Shown in pieces: positions 48,850 through 58,547 of a stretch of 64,000 nt of DNA. How positions within the stretch are numbered: position 1 is the first letter of the stretch; every line of letters starts with the position of its first letter. Below the pieces are notes generated by a model. It was not told the origin of the DNA and ran no database searches. It worked only from the letters and a program-made list of their open reading frames with translations. The stretch is from Spirochaetia bacterium. GTDB taxonomy: Bacteria; Spirochaetota; Spirochaetia; CADAEX01. The stretch lies in contig JAFSOR010000020.1 of the NCBI GenBank assembly GCA_017446885.1, forward strand, positions 102,769 to 166,768, written 5' to 3'. The position numbers and the translations under genes are program-made.

Positions 48850-49666
48850 GAGGATAGGTGTTCACAAACACCACCTTGTTCTCCACCTGCTCAACGCCCT
48901 CATAGCCTGCAACAGCCTGGCCCACCTGGTCAATAAGGCCGCGTACCTCTACAGTACCCATTATGGTGGCAGTCTTGTCGTGGACATCCACCTCCAGGAA
49001 GTGGACTGGAATCTTTTCTTCATACAGAAGGTATATTACAATCTTCTGGGCCAGGTACAGCTCCTTAAGCCGTTTTACCAGCTTTTCGGTGTAGTTCTCG
49101 TGGTTGAACACCTCGATTGCCCCTTCCACCATTCTGTAAACAACTTCGGTGCCAAGGATATCTGTGTTTATAACCATATCGTAGGAGCCTGGGTCATCCC
49201 AGGACATATTGTAGAAGAACCGTGTGTAGCCTGCCCGCTCATCATCCCGCTGGTTAACAAGCTTGCGTGCAGCTTTCTCGTCCAGGTGGTAGCGGTCCAT
49301 GATCCGGGCAACACGCACATTCTCGCTTCCTATAATGCGTATGCGCAGCACTCCTGGAACATTCTTAAGGAAGAAGGCTCCGCCCCGTCCAAGAAGGATA
49401 CACTGTGGGGTATCTATGACTTTTTCGAAGAAATAGAGCTTAAAGTAGTTGTTGTATTTGTCATGCTGGTTTGAGAAACTGGCCAGAAGGCCTGGTTTCT
49501 TCTCGTCGAATTTAGAGATGCTTTTCTCTGTAATGCCGTAATAACCTGCAAGCTCTTTGTTGATAAGGTCCCTTGATATGAACTGCCAGCCGAACCGTTC
49601 AGCCAGCCCCTGGGAGATCTCCTTGCTCAAACTTCCTTCTTGCCGTGCGATTGTAATGATAGCCAT
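48839..49666 (-). CDS. cytidylate kinase-like family protein with C-terminal BON-like domain
   Basis: N-terminal P-loop-like IARQEGS; the C-terminal ~60 aa resemble a BON domain. Confidence 0.6.
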   Translation of the reverse strand: MAIITIARQEGSLSKEISQGLAERFGWQFISRDLINKELAGYYGITEKSISKFDEKKPGLLASFSNQHDKYNNYFKLYFFEKVIDTPQCILLGRGGAFFLKNVPGVLRIRIIGSENVRVARIMDRYHLDEKAARKLVNQRDDERAGYTRFFYNMSWDDPGSYDMVINTDILGTEVVYRMVEGAIEVFNHENYTEKLVKRLKELYLAQKIVIYLLYEEKIPVHFLEVDVHDKTATIMGTVEVRGLIDQVGQAVAGYEGVEQVENKVVFVNTYPPIA

Positions 49667-49796
49667 AAATAAACCTCCAACGTAATTTTACCATATGTTT
49701 ACAGAAAAAAGCAATTGTAAAAATAAAATGAATTTGATATAATTGATAAATAAGAATTATAGTTATTTTGATACTTTTTAAAGTCGGGGTATAAAA

Positions 49797-50369
49797 ATGA
49801 GCGAAATAATCAAAGCTGTAGCAATCGACAAAGGTATGTTCCTTATGATTAAGAATGCACCTTATTATGTTGTGGACAGAGAGTTTGTAAACCCAGGAAA
49901 GGGTTCCGCATTCTGCCGTCTTAAGCTTAGGAACCTTCTGAACGGCCAGGGCCTTGCAACCACCATGAAGTCCAACGAAGATGTAGAGATGACCGAGGTT
50001 ACCGAGTGCAACTGCCAGTATATGTATGCAGATGACGAGAATTACTATTTCATGGAAAGCGAGTCATTCGAGCAGTTTGCTATGCCTCGTGCCGGAATGG
50101 AAGACAAGATTTACTATATCCGCGAAGGCGAGGAATACAGAGTGATCAAGTGGGAAGGAAATCCTGTGGACATCAAGCTTCCACCAAAGATGGTTTTCGT
50201 AGTTGCCGAAGGTTCCGAGGGAATCAAGGGCGATACAGTTACCAAGACACTCAAGCCTGTAAAGACCGAGACCGGACTGGTAGTAAAGGTTCCTCTGTTC
50301 ATCAAAGAGGGCGAGAAGATTCTGGTAAGCACCGAGACAGGCGAGTATCAGGAGCGTGTAAACAAATAA
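49797..50369 (+). CDS. efp: elongation factor P
   Basis: Length and KOW/OB pattern; …GKG.A… loop. Confidence 0.9.
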   Translation: MSEIIKAVAIDKGMFLMIKNAPYYVVDREFVNPGKGSAFCRLKLRNLLNGQGLATTMKSNEDVEMTEVTECNCQYMYADDENYYFMESESFEQFAMPRAGMEDKIYYIREGEEYRVIKWEGNPVDIKLPPKMVFVVAEGSEGIKGDTVTKTLKPVKTETGLVVKVPLFIKEGEKILVSTETGEYQERVNK

Positions 50370-50385
50370 CACTGCTCAGTGTAAA

Positions 50386-50420
50386 TAAAAAAAGCCGACC
50401 CAAAAGGTCGGCTTTTTTTA
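50386..50420. terminator. bidirectional intrinsic terminator between efp and mscS
   Basis: A7-agccgacc-caaaa-ggtcggct-T7. Confidence 0.85.
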
Positions 50421-50479
50421 TCAGCATACCCTGAAACAAGTTCAGGGTGACATAGTCCTGGGTGACAGGACAGCTCAGC

Positions 50480-51343
50480 TCAGATGTTCTTGATCTGAAT
50501 CTTTCTGGATGGCAGTGGGATTCCCTGCTCCTGGAAAGCATGTACCAGCGCAATGTTGTTCCAGGACTTTGCTGTTCCCTTGTCGTCAACATTTGCAATA
50601 GTAATGTAGGCAACCAGCTGGATTCCAAGCTCCTCGAACGATGCGATACGTACATCGGCCTTTGCACCCTCTTTGTTTGCTGGGTTTTTCTCCAATGTCT
50701 CGGCCATGACCTTCATCGCCTTGTCTACATCGGCAGAGTAGTCAATCTTGATTGTGGTGTCGATTGCCACGCTCTTGTCATCGCCGAATGTGTGGCTGTG
50801 GCAGACCTCGGAAATAAGGATAGAGTTAGGCACAATAAGGGTCTCGTTCATAAGTGTTGTAACTACGGTGTTGATAAAGTTGATTTTTGTGATATAGCCT
50901 TCTGTATCGCCAATTGTAACTCTGTCGCCTTCCTTGATAGGACCTGTGAACAGGATTACCAGACCTGCAGAGAAGTTGGAGATAAGGGTCTGCAACCCGA
51001 AGCCTACGCCTATACCTAATGCTCCCAGTATAACTGCTATGGACGACAGGTTTATACCCAGCATCGTAAGACCTATGAACAGAGCCAGGATTGTGACTCC
51101 GTAGCTTACTATTTTTACAATTCTGAACTGGTATGTCTCAGAGACAGGTTTGTTCTTGATCGAGAACTTTACCAGCTTGCCCACAAGCTTTCCAATCTTC
51201 TGTGCAATAATGATGACAGGGATAAAGAGCAGCAGGGTAAGGATTGAGATGTTGATGCTTCCTGCTGTCAGGAAAGGCTTGTTGATGAATGCATAAATGG
51301 CATTGAGCACATCCATGACACTTTCTGGAAGGATATTTTCCAT
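50480..51343 (-). CDS. mscS: small-conductance mechanosensitive channel (MscS family)
   Basis: Three TM helices plus a conserved MscS beta domain. Confidence 0.85.
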   Translation of the reverse strand: MENILPESVMDVLNAIYAFINKPFLTAGSINISILTLLLFIPVIIIAQKIGKLVGKLVKFSIKNKPVSETYQFRIVKIVSYGVTILALFIGLTMLGINLSSIAVILGALGIGVGFGLQTLISNFSAGLVILFTGPIKEGDRVTIGDTEGYITKINFINTVVTTLMNETLIVPNSILISEVCHSHTFGDDKSVAIDTTIKIDYSADVDKAMKVMAETLEKNPANKEGAKADVRIASFEELGIQLVAYITIANVDDKGTAKSWNNIALVHAFQEQGIPLPSRKIQIKNI

Positions 51344-51366
51344 TATATAATTCTCCTTTTAAAAAA

Positions 51367-51558
51367 TTATTTCTTTGGGTTGTCGGTGGAGTAGAATCCA
51401 CTTCCTTTAAAGATTATACCCACAGAGGAATCCTGGGGGATTATCTTCTTTACTGCCTTTCCACATTTGATGCACTTCTTTATGGGCGCGTCAGACATGG
51501 ATTGCTCAACTTCGAAGACATGCTTACAGCTCTGACATTCATATGTGTAGATAGGCAT
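51367..51558 (-). CDS. FmdB-family zinc-ribbon protein
   Basis: CxxC…CxxC with the MPIYTYEC…KCIKCGK signature. Confidence 0.7.
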   Translation of the reverse strand: MPIYTYECQSCKHVFEVEQSMSDAPIKKCIKCGKAVKKIIPQDSSVGIIFKGSGFYSTDNPKK

Positions 51559-51576
51559 TTCAAGTTTCCTTTAAGA

Positions 51577-51825
51577 CTATTTGCGGAATTTTCCGAAGAA
51601 GTAACCGAACACAGCACCAGCTGCACCGCAGCCCAGCACCTTAAGCCGTACAGTTCCCAGGTCGGCAATCTTGCCGCCAAGCTTCTGCAGTCCGTTCTTT
51701 GCAGGAAGAATCAGGGTATCCAGCGAAATATACTTTCCATTTGCCCCTTTTGCAAAGAAAAGATAACCCAGCACCAGACCGATTACAACCCAACAGATGA
51801 TTGAAACCACATTGTTCTTTTTCAT
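51577..51825 (-). CDS. small membrane protein (hypothetical)
   Basis: Two TM helices; overlaps nifU by 4 bp. Confidence 0.4.
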   Translation of the reverse strand: MKKNNVVSIICWVVIGLVLGYLFFAKGANGKYISLDTLILPAKNGLQKLGGKIADLGTVRLKVLGCGAAGAVFGYFFGKFRK

Positions 51826-52421
51826 TTTCTTCCTCCGAAAATATGAAGATAATCCTCAAAAAGCTCCTTGGCTTTCTCGACACAGCCGCCGCATACCTTG
51901 CCCAGCTTGGTCTTCTCCTGAAGCTCCTCAAAGGTTTTTCCGCCAGCTTTGACGAAATTCTCGATGTCTACATCAGTTATATTGTTGCATACGCATATTA
52001 CTTTTGCAACTTCTTTCTCGAGCATACCTTCTTTGCCGTTTTTCTTGCAGTAATCCTCGATAGCTGCACGCAGTGCCCGGTCTCCCAGGACAGAGCAGTG
52101 TATCTTGTGGTCAGGCAGACCGCCCAGCTGGCCTACAATATCCTCGGGCTTAATCTTATATGCCTCTTTTATAGGCATGCCCTTGACCATCTCGCTCATC
52201 ATGGATGTGCTTGCAATGGCGCTGGCACAGCCGTATGTCTTCCACTTTATGTCTTCAATCTTGTCATCTTTGACTTTGATGGCTACCAGCATCTCGTCGC
52301 CGCAGGTTATGTTTCCCACCTTTCCCCAGCCGTCGGCCTGGTAGGAAGCCTCATCTTCCAGTATATTACGTGGATTGGTGAAGTGGTCCTTCACTTTATC
52401 GGTATAAACCCATGAAATCAT
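51822..52421 (-). CDS. nifU: Fe-S cluster scaffold NifU (IscU-like N-domain plus BFD-like 2Fe-2S domain)
   Basis: Cys ligands at GDEM…, GCASAIA…; C-terminal CxxC…GGC. Confidence 0.85.
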   Translation of the reverse strand: MISWVYTDKVKDHFTNPRNILEDEASYQADGWGKVGNITCGDEMLVAIKVKDDKIEDIKWKTYGCASAIASTSMMSEMVKGMPIKEAYKIKPEDIVGQLGGLPDHKIHCSVLGDRALRAAIEDYCKKNGKEGMLEKEVAKVICVCNNITDVDIENFVKAGGKTFEELQEKTKLGKVCGGCVEKAKELFEDYLHIFGGRK

Positions 52422-53671
52422 TTTATCTCTCCTTTCTTATATACAGTGGACATCTTCCGTATTCTCTCGATTATAGGAGGAAGCTTCTCAAGCACATAGT
52501 CCACATCTTCTTCTGTATTATCAAGCCCCAGACTGAACCGGATAGAGCCGTGTGCAAGCTCTGCGTCGACTCCGGTGGCCATAAGGACATGCGATGGCTC
52601 AAGGGATCCTGTAGAGCAGGCAGAACCTGTGGATACCGCTATTCCCTCCAGATCAAGGTAGAGCAGTATGGACTCTCCCTCGGCACCAGTAAAGGAGACA
52701 TTCAGGGTATTGGGCAGGGTATGCTCCTGGTTCCCGTTTATCTTGATGTCTGGGATAGAGGCTATGATGCCCTCCTTAAGCCTGTTCCGCAGTTTTAGAA
52801 GCCGTGCAGACTCTGTATCAAGCTCTCGTTCTGCAATCTCTGCAGCCTTGCCCAGCGATACTATGCCTGTTGTGTTCATGGTTCCGGCACGGCGGCCTCC
52901 CTCCTGGTGTCCTCCGTGGACAAATGGGCAGTAGGGGGCTCCCTTTCGGGCATAAAGGATTCCTATACCCTTAGGGGCATAGATTTTATGGCCCGACATG
53001 CTTAAGTAGTCAATTCCCATAGCTTTTACATCAATAGGAATCTTGCCTATAGCCTGAACTGCATCGGTGTGGAACAGAACTCCCTTCTCATGGCATATCT
53101 GGGCAATGCGCTTTATATCCTGCAGGGTGCCAATCTCGTTGTTGGCAGCCATTACCGACACCAGAGCTGTCTTGTCAGTTATAAGGTCGTACAGCTCCTC
53201 GGGGTTTACCAGACCGGTTGAGTCCACCTTCATGAATTTAGTGGTTATGCCGCTTTCCTTAAGGAATTTTACAGTCTCAAGAATTGCAGGGTGCTCGATA
53301 GGGGTGGTGATAATCTCGTTCTTGACACACCGTGCGCAGTATTCTTTGGCCACGCATGAGCTTTTCTGGCAGCCCACATATTTAAGCACTGTGTTGTCGC
53401 TCTCGGAGCCGCCTGCAGTAAAGATAATCTCGCCGGGGTCTGCATTTATAAGGTGGGCAATCTGCTTCCTTGCCTTGTCTATGAGCATTCCAGCCTCCCG
53501 GCCGTAGCCGTGCATGCTGGAACCGTTTCCAAATGCATCCAGCGACTCTATCATCACCTTTTTAACTTCGGGGTGGATAGGGGTGGTGGCATTATAATCC
53601 ATATATACATTTCTGTGTTCCATGGGATATTCCTCTAAATAATATATACTAAAAAAATATGTAAAATTCAA
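52418..53671 (-). CDS. nifS: cysteine desulfurase NifS
   Basis: PLP Lys motif SGHK; active-site SxGxAC near the C-terminus. Confidence 0.9.
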   Translation of the reverse strand: MNFTYFFSIYYLEEYPMEHRNVYMDYNATTPIHPEVKKVMIESLDAFGNGSSMHGYGREAGMLIDKARKQIAHLINADPGEIIFTAGGSESDNTVLKYVGCQKSSCVAKEYCARCVKNEIITTPIEHPAILETVKFLKESGITTKFMKVDSTGLVNPEELYDLITDKTALVSVMAANNEIGTLQDIKRIAQICHEKGVLFHTDAVQAIGKIPIDVKAMGIDYLSMSGHKIYAPKGIGILYARKGAPYCPFVHGGHQEGGRRAGTMNTTGIVSLGKAAEIAERELDTESARLLKLRNRLKEGIIASIPDIKINGNQEHTLPNTLNVSFTGAEGESILLYLDLEGIAVSTGSACSTGSLEPSHVLMATGVDAELAHGSIRFSLGLDNTEEDVDYVLEKLPPIIERIRKMSTVYKKGEIK

Positions 53672-53740
53672 GTTAAAGTCTGTAAACTGTACTTTTTTAT
53701 TAAAATATGTTATTATAAAGTCGATTTAGGAGTTAGAATA

Positions 53741-54808
53741 ATGAAGAGAGTTTTCTTGACTGCAGCTCTGGTTCTGCTGCTTTTTACAGGTTGTGCCACA
53801 TCCAAGGGAAATGTATACAATGTATCCTTATATAAAGCTGTAGCCCCCGAAGACGGAGTAACATATGTGGTGGGCCACCGCAATCCCGACACCGATACTG
53901 TAAGCACAGCTATTGCCTATGCCACCCTGCGCAGCAAGCTGGGTTTCAATACTGTTGCCGTAATCCCTGGAAAGCTTAATAAAGAAAGCCAGTTTGTCCT
54001 TGATTATTTCAAGGTGGAGACTCCAGAGATTCTTGAGGATGCCACAGGAAAGAACATAATTCTGGTGGATCATGCCGACTTCCAGCAGGCAGTGCCTGGC
54101 ATGGACAAGGCCAATATAGTGGAGATCCTGGACCATCATCAGCCGGCAGGGCTTTCGTTCGAGAATAACCTTGTTTACCGCAGCGCACCTATAGGGGCGA
54201 CAGCCACCATGCTGTACAACGAGTTCAAGGTAAACCATGTCAGTGTGGACCGTAAGACTGCAGGTCTTCTGGCTGCCGCTATAATGTCCGACACCAACAA
54301 CCTTAAGAAGGAGCGGACCACCGAGGCCGACCGGGTATATCTGGCAGAGCTTTGCAAGAAAGCCGGAATCCAGAAGCCTAAGAAATTCTTCAAGATGATG
54401 AAGGCTGAAGGCCGCTCTTTAGACGGGCTTACCGACGAGGAAATTCTTCTGACCAATTACAAGGAATACGAGTTCAGCGGCCATATAGTGGGAATTGCCA
54501 GCGTGGACAACCCCGACGACGACGACACCCTGTGGGAGTTTGCAGAGCGCATGGATAAGGCACTGGCTGCATATGCCTCTAAGACCGATGCAGAGCATAT
54601 CTTTATGAAACTTGATGCAGATGGTGATGAGGGACAGGAGGATTTTACTGTGTTCCTGTACAGCGGCAATGGGGCAGAGGAAGTTGCAAAAGCTAGCTTC
54701 CCCGCAGCACAGACAGTAAATGGTCATATAGTCTGCACCCCTAAGCTCAACAGGACCAATGATGTGGTTCCTGCACTTAAAAATACATACGAAGGAATGG
54801 CAAAATAA
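53741..54808 (+). CDS. ppaC: DHH/DHHA2 family-II (Mn-dependent) inorganic pyrophosphatase homolog with N-terminal lipoprotein-type signal
   Basis: HRNPDTDT, VDHAD and ILDHHQ motifs are collinear with PpaC, but the ORF begins with a ~20-aa signal plus lipobox LFTGC. Confidence 0.7.
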   Translation: MKRVFLTAALVLLLFTGCATSKGNVYNVSLYKAVAPEDGVTYVVGHRNPDTDTVSTAIAYATLRSKLGFNTVAVIPGKLNKESQFVLDYFKVETPEILEDATGKNIILVDHADFQQAVPGMDKANIVEILDHHQPAGLSFENNLVYRSAPIGATATMLYNEFKVNHVSVDRKTAGLLAAAIMSDTNNLKKERTTEADRVYLAELCKKAGIQKPKKFFKMMKAEGRSLDGLTDEEILLTNYKEYEFSGHIVGIASVDNPDDDDTLWEFAERMDKALAAYASKTDAEHIFMKLDADGDEGQEDFTVFLYSGNGAEEVAKASFPAAQTVNGHIVCTPKLNRTNDVVPALKNTYEGMAK

Positions 54809-55581
54809 TGAAAATTGTTGTCAAGATAGGAACATCGACACTGGCATACTCAAGCGGAAGACTCAACATACGGCACACCGAGGAGCTGTGCAAGATTATA
54901 AGCGACCTTAAAAACTCGGGTATAGAGGTTATCATGGTCTCATCCGGCTCCATAGGAATGGGAACCGGCAAGCTGTCGCTCAAGGAGCGGCCATCCGACA
55001 TGCCCACAAAACAGGCTGCGGCAGCTGTGGGGCAGTGCGAGCTCATGTACACCTACGACAAGCTTTTTTCGGAGTACAGGCATACTGTGGCCCAGATTCT
55101 GGTTACTGCCGAGGATATCCAGCACCCCCAGCGGCATAAGAACTTCTCCAACACCCTTAACCGGCTGTTAGAGCTTGGTGTAATCCCAATCATAAACGAG
55201 AATGACACCATTGCCACCGAGGAGATAGGGGTGGGCGACAACGACACTCTGGCAGCTGTTATTGCCACCAGTGCCAAGGCCGACCTTCTGGTGCTCCTTT
55301 CAGACATAGATGGGCTTTATACAGCAAACCCGAACACAGACAAGAATGCAAAGCTCATAACCGAGGTCCGGGAACTGGACGACAAGATTATGGCTTTGGG
55401 CGGCAAGAGCTCTTCTAAACTTGGCACAGGTGGCATGAAGACCAAGCTTTCGGCAGCCAAAATCTGCACCGATGCAGGCTGCGACATGATAATAGCAAAC
55501 GGTGCCGACCCGTCGGTACTCTATAAGATTGCAGACGGAAAGCAGGCTGGAACCCGATTCTATGCCAAAAGGAATGGATAA
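54808..55581 (+). CDS. proB: glutamate 5-kinase (short form, no PUA domain)
   Basis: …VVKIGTS…; amino-acid kinase fold; TAATG overlap with the upstream gene. Confidence 0.9.
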   Translation: MKIVVKIGTSTLAYSSGRLNIRHTEELCKIISDLKNSGIEVIMVSSGSIGMGTGKLSLKERPSDMPTKQAAAAVGQCELMYTYDKLFSEYRHTVAQILVTAEDIQHPQRHKNFSNTLNRLLELGVIPIINENDTIATEEIGVGDNDTLAAVIATSAKADLLVLLSDIDGLYTANPNTDKNAKLITEVRELDDKIMALGGKSSSKLGTGGMKTKLSAAKICTDAGCDMIIANGADPSVLYKIADGKQAGTRFYAKRNG

Positions 55582-56840
55582 TGACAACACAGGAAATCCT
55601 TAAAGATGCAAAGAATGCAAAGTCCTATCTGGCAACCTTAGGCGCTGTAGAAAAGAATAAAGCGCTCTGTGCCATGGCCGATGCCCTGGAAACAGAATAT
55701 GATTCCATTCTGGCCGAAAACGCCCTTGATCTGGATGCGGCCCGTGGTACCGTAAGCGATGTGATGCTGGACCGCCTTATGCTTGACCAGGCTAGAATTA
55801 AGGCTATGGCCGATGGAATAAGGGAAGTTGCTGCACTGCCAGACCCGGTTGGCCGCATACTTACCCAGCGCACTACAGCCGATGGGCTTATGCTTAAGAA
55901 AGTATCAGTTCCGATAGGTGTTATTGCTATCATATATGAGAGTAGACCCAACGTGACATCCGATGCAGCTGCCCTGTGCATTAAAAGCGGCAATGTCTGC
56001 ATACTGCGGGGCGGAAAGGAGGCATACCGGTCCTCCCACGCCATAGTTAACGCAATGAAGAATGGCCTTACTAAGGCTGGTTTCAGGGCCGACATAATCC
56101 AGATACTGGACGACACCACCCGCACAGGAGCTGCCGAGCTTATGAAAGCCAGCGGATATGTGGATCTTCTTATACCACGTGGCGGTGCAGGGCTTATAAG
56201 AAGCTGTGTCGAGAACGCTACAGTGCCCTGCATAGAGACAGGAACAGGTATATGCACAGTATATGTGGACCAGTATGCAGATCAGGCAAAAGCTTTGGGC
56301 ATAATAGAGAATGCCAAGACTCAGCGCCCATCGGTGTGCAATGCCGAAGAGACATTGCTGGTTTCCCGTGATATTGCAAAGGAGTTCCTGCCTAAGCTCA
56401 AGAAAGTGCTGGTGGACGACCGTATAGCAGCAGGAAGGCAGCCTGTGGAGCTCAGGCTCTGCCAGGAGGCACTTGCCATCATTCCAGGTACACCGGCAAC
56501 AGAAAAGGATTTTGATACCGAGTTCCTGGACTATATCCTGGCAGTAAAAGTTGTCTCTTGCGTAAAAGAGGCGGCTGAGCACATAGCACAGCACTCAACA
56601 CATCACAGCGAGGCTATTATTACAGAGAATAAGGAGAATGCAGACTATTTCACAGCCCATGTGGACAGCGCTGCAGTCTATGTCAACGCCTCAACCCGGT
56701 TCACCGACGGCGGCAAGTTCGGCCTTGGCTGCGAGATGGGAATCTCCACCCAGCGCCTCCATGCACGTGGACCTATGGGGCTTGAGGAGCTTACAAGTTA
56801 TAAGTATGTCATTACCGGAAACGGACAGGTTAGAAAGTAG
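55581..56840 (+). CDS. proA: gamma-glutamyl phosphate reductase
   Basis: Aldehyde-dehydrogenase fold with catalytic Cys (…CNAEE…). Confidence 0.9.
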   Translation: MTTQEILKDAKNAKSYLATLGAVEKNKALCAMADALETEYDSILAENALDLDAARGTVSDVMLDRLMLDQARIKAMADGIREVAALPDPVGRILTQRTTADGLMLKKVSVPIGVIAIIYESRPNVTSDAAALCIKSGNVCILRGGKEAYRSSHAIVNAMKNGLTKAGFRADIIQILDDTTRTGAAELMKASGYVDLLIPRGGAGLIRSCVENATVPCIETGTGICTVYVDQYADQAKALGIIENAKTQRPSVCNAEETLLVSRDIAKEFLPKLKKVLVDDRIAAGRQPVELRLCQEALAIIPGTPATEKDFDTEFLDYILAVKVVSCVKEAAEHIAQHSTHHSEAIITENKENADYFTAHVDSAAVYVNASTRFTDGGKFGLGCEMGISTQRLHARGPMGLEELTSYKYVITGNGQVRK

Positions 56841-56848
56841 GAGAGAGT

Positions 56849-57640
56849 ATGGATAATATTGGATTCATCGGTTGCGGAAATATGGGAGGCGCCCTTATAC
56901 GGGCTGCGGTTAAATCGGTAAAGCCAGCTCAGATCTGGATTACAGACAAGGACTCTGCAAAGAGCAGCGCACTGGCAAAGGAGACTGGTGCTGCCGCAAA
57001 GGATATAAACGAGATAGCCTCCAAGTGCCAATATATTTTTCTGGGGGTAAAACCTCAGGTTTTGGCCGAAATGGTATCTGGAATCAAGGATATTCTTTTA
57101 TCACGCAAAGATAAGTTCGTACTTGTCTCGATGGCTGCCGGCATTTCGATCGAGCGCATTATAAAGATGGCAGGCGACTGGCCTATAATCCGTATAATGC
57201 CCAATATCCCGGCCTCGGTGGGCGAGGGTATGATACTCTACTGCAGCCATAAGGCCACCATGGCCGATGTAAAGGCATTCCTTGCAGTTATGGCCAAAGC
57301 CGGAAAGCTTGCCGAGATAGACGAAAAACTTATCGATGCCGGCAGCGCAGTGTCTGGCTGCGGCCCTGCCTACGCATTCATGTTCATAGAGGCACTGGCC
57401 GACGGAGGGGTCCGGTGCGGACTTCCAAGAGCCCAGGCACAGCTTCTGGCAGCCCAGACACTGCTTGGCAGTGCCAAGATGGTGCTGGATACTGGCAAGC
57501 ATCCGGGCGAGCTTAAAGATGCAGTATGCAGTCCTGGCGGCACCACCATCGAGGGGGTTCTGGCCCTGGAGCAGGGGGGCTTCCGGGGTACAGCATCCGA
57601 GGCTGTCATCGCAGCCTACGAGAAGACACTGGGACTGTGA
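56849..57640 (+). CDS. proC: pyrroline-5-carboxylate reductase
   Basis: N-terminal GFIGCGNMG Rossmann motif. Confidence 0.9.
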   Translation: MDNIGFIGCGNMGGALIRAAVKSVKPAQIWITDKDSAKSSALAKETGAAAKDINEIASKCQYIFLGVKPQVLAEMVSGIKDILLSRKDKFVLVSMAAGISIERIIKMAGDWPIIRIMPNIPASVGEGMILYCSHKATMADVKAFLAVMAKAGKLAEIDEKLIDAGSAVSGCGPAYAFMFIEALADGGVRCGLPRAQAQLLAAQTLLGSAKMVLDTGKHPGELKDAVCSPGGTTIEGVLALEQGGFRGTASEAVIAAYEKTLGL

Positions 57641-57685
57641 TAAAGCTTGACGGCACAGTGCATTGCCGTGTATAATTAAAAAATA

Positions 57686-57758
57686 GGGGCATTGGCGCAA
57701 CTGGTAGCGCGTTTGGCTGGCAGCCACAAGGTCACGGGTTCGAGTCCCGTATGCTCCA
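57686..57758 (+). tRNA. tRNA-Ala (anticodon GGC)
   Basis: Cloverleaf folded by hand: 7-bp acceptor stem with the G3:U70 Ala identity pair; anticodon GGC at 57719-57721 flanked by U33/A37; T-loop GGTTCGAGTCC; CCA not encoded. Confidence 0.8.
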
Positions 57759-58547
57759 ATCTAAAATAGTTTCCTCTTTTCCCCGTTTTTCCCATGAAGT
57801 CTGAATATCGCATACTGCCACATCATCTTTAGTAAGGTGATGTATGTAGGTGTTTGCCACAGCAGTGCTGCTGGTTGAGCAGGCAATAGTGTCGCCAAGG
57901 AAAGTCTCCCGTTTGAAGCTTATCCTGATGTCTTTAAGCAGATTTTCTTTCTTGAAGTCATCAGCCATGGTTGCTTCTGCCACTGTTATGTAGCTCTTGT
58001 TATTCACATGGCTGTTGAAGTCTATATCAGACAGGTTTATGGTGTGCTGCAAACTGCTGATTTTCTCCACTGCCTTTTCTATGGAGAACTTGCTGTGTTC
58101 TCCCATTTCCTTTTCATTGCATATATCAAAAGTCTCTGCCACTATGTCGGTCTTTACCGGACGGTGGGTATTCTGGTCCAGTATGAACCAGCAGCCGTTA
58201 CCCTTGGCAAATAGAGTATTGCCATAATAAAGGCGGAAGTCAGTATAAATCTTAAGAGCTGTGAGCTCTGATATCCAGATTTCCACCTTGATCTCCTGGG
58301 ACCAGAAGGGAAGGACTGCAGTGAATTCCATATTAAGCTCTGCTATTACCCAATAGAGATTCTTCGGAAAAAGATCATAGGCTGCCATGTGCTTTGTTGC
58401 GCTGAATCTGGCAAAGGCATCCTGCATATACTTGATGGCAGATATAGGCTTAAGACGGTATCCGTTCAAGTCCATATCATCCAGGATTACAGAGTATGAA
58501 TGGGTGTAGATGCTCATGATGTAAGTTCCTTTTTTATTCTTTGGCAC
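57732..58547 (-). CDS. acyl-ACP thioesterase family protein
   Basis: Double hot-dog fold pattern; the 3' end reads through ~27 bp antisense to tRNA-Ala before the first stop. Confidence 0.7.
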   Translation of the reverse strand: MPKNKKGTYIMSIYTHSYSVILDDMDLNGYRLKPISAIKYMQDAFARFSATKHMAAYDLFPKNLYWVIAELNMEFTAVLPFWSQEIKVEIWISELTALKIYTDFRLYYGNTLFAKGNGCWFILDQNTHRPVKTDIVAETFDICNEKEMGEHSKFSIEKAVEKISSLQHTINLSDIDFNSHVNNKSYITVAEATMADDFKKENLLKDIRISFKRETFLGDTIACSTSSTAVANTYIHHLTKDDVAVCDIQTSWEKRGKEETILDWSIRDSNP

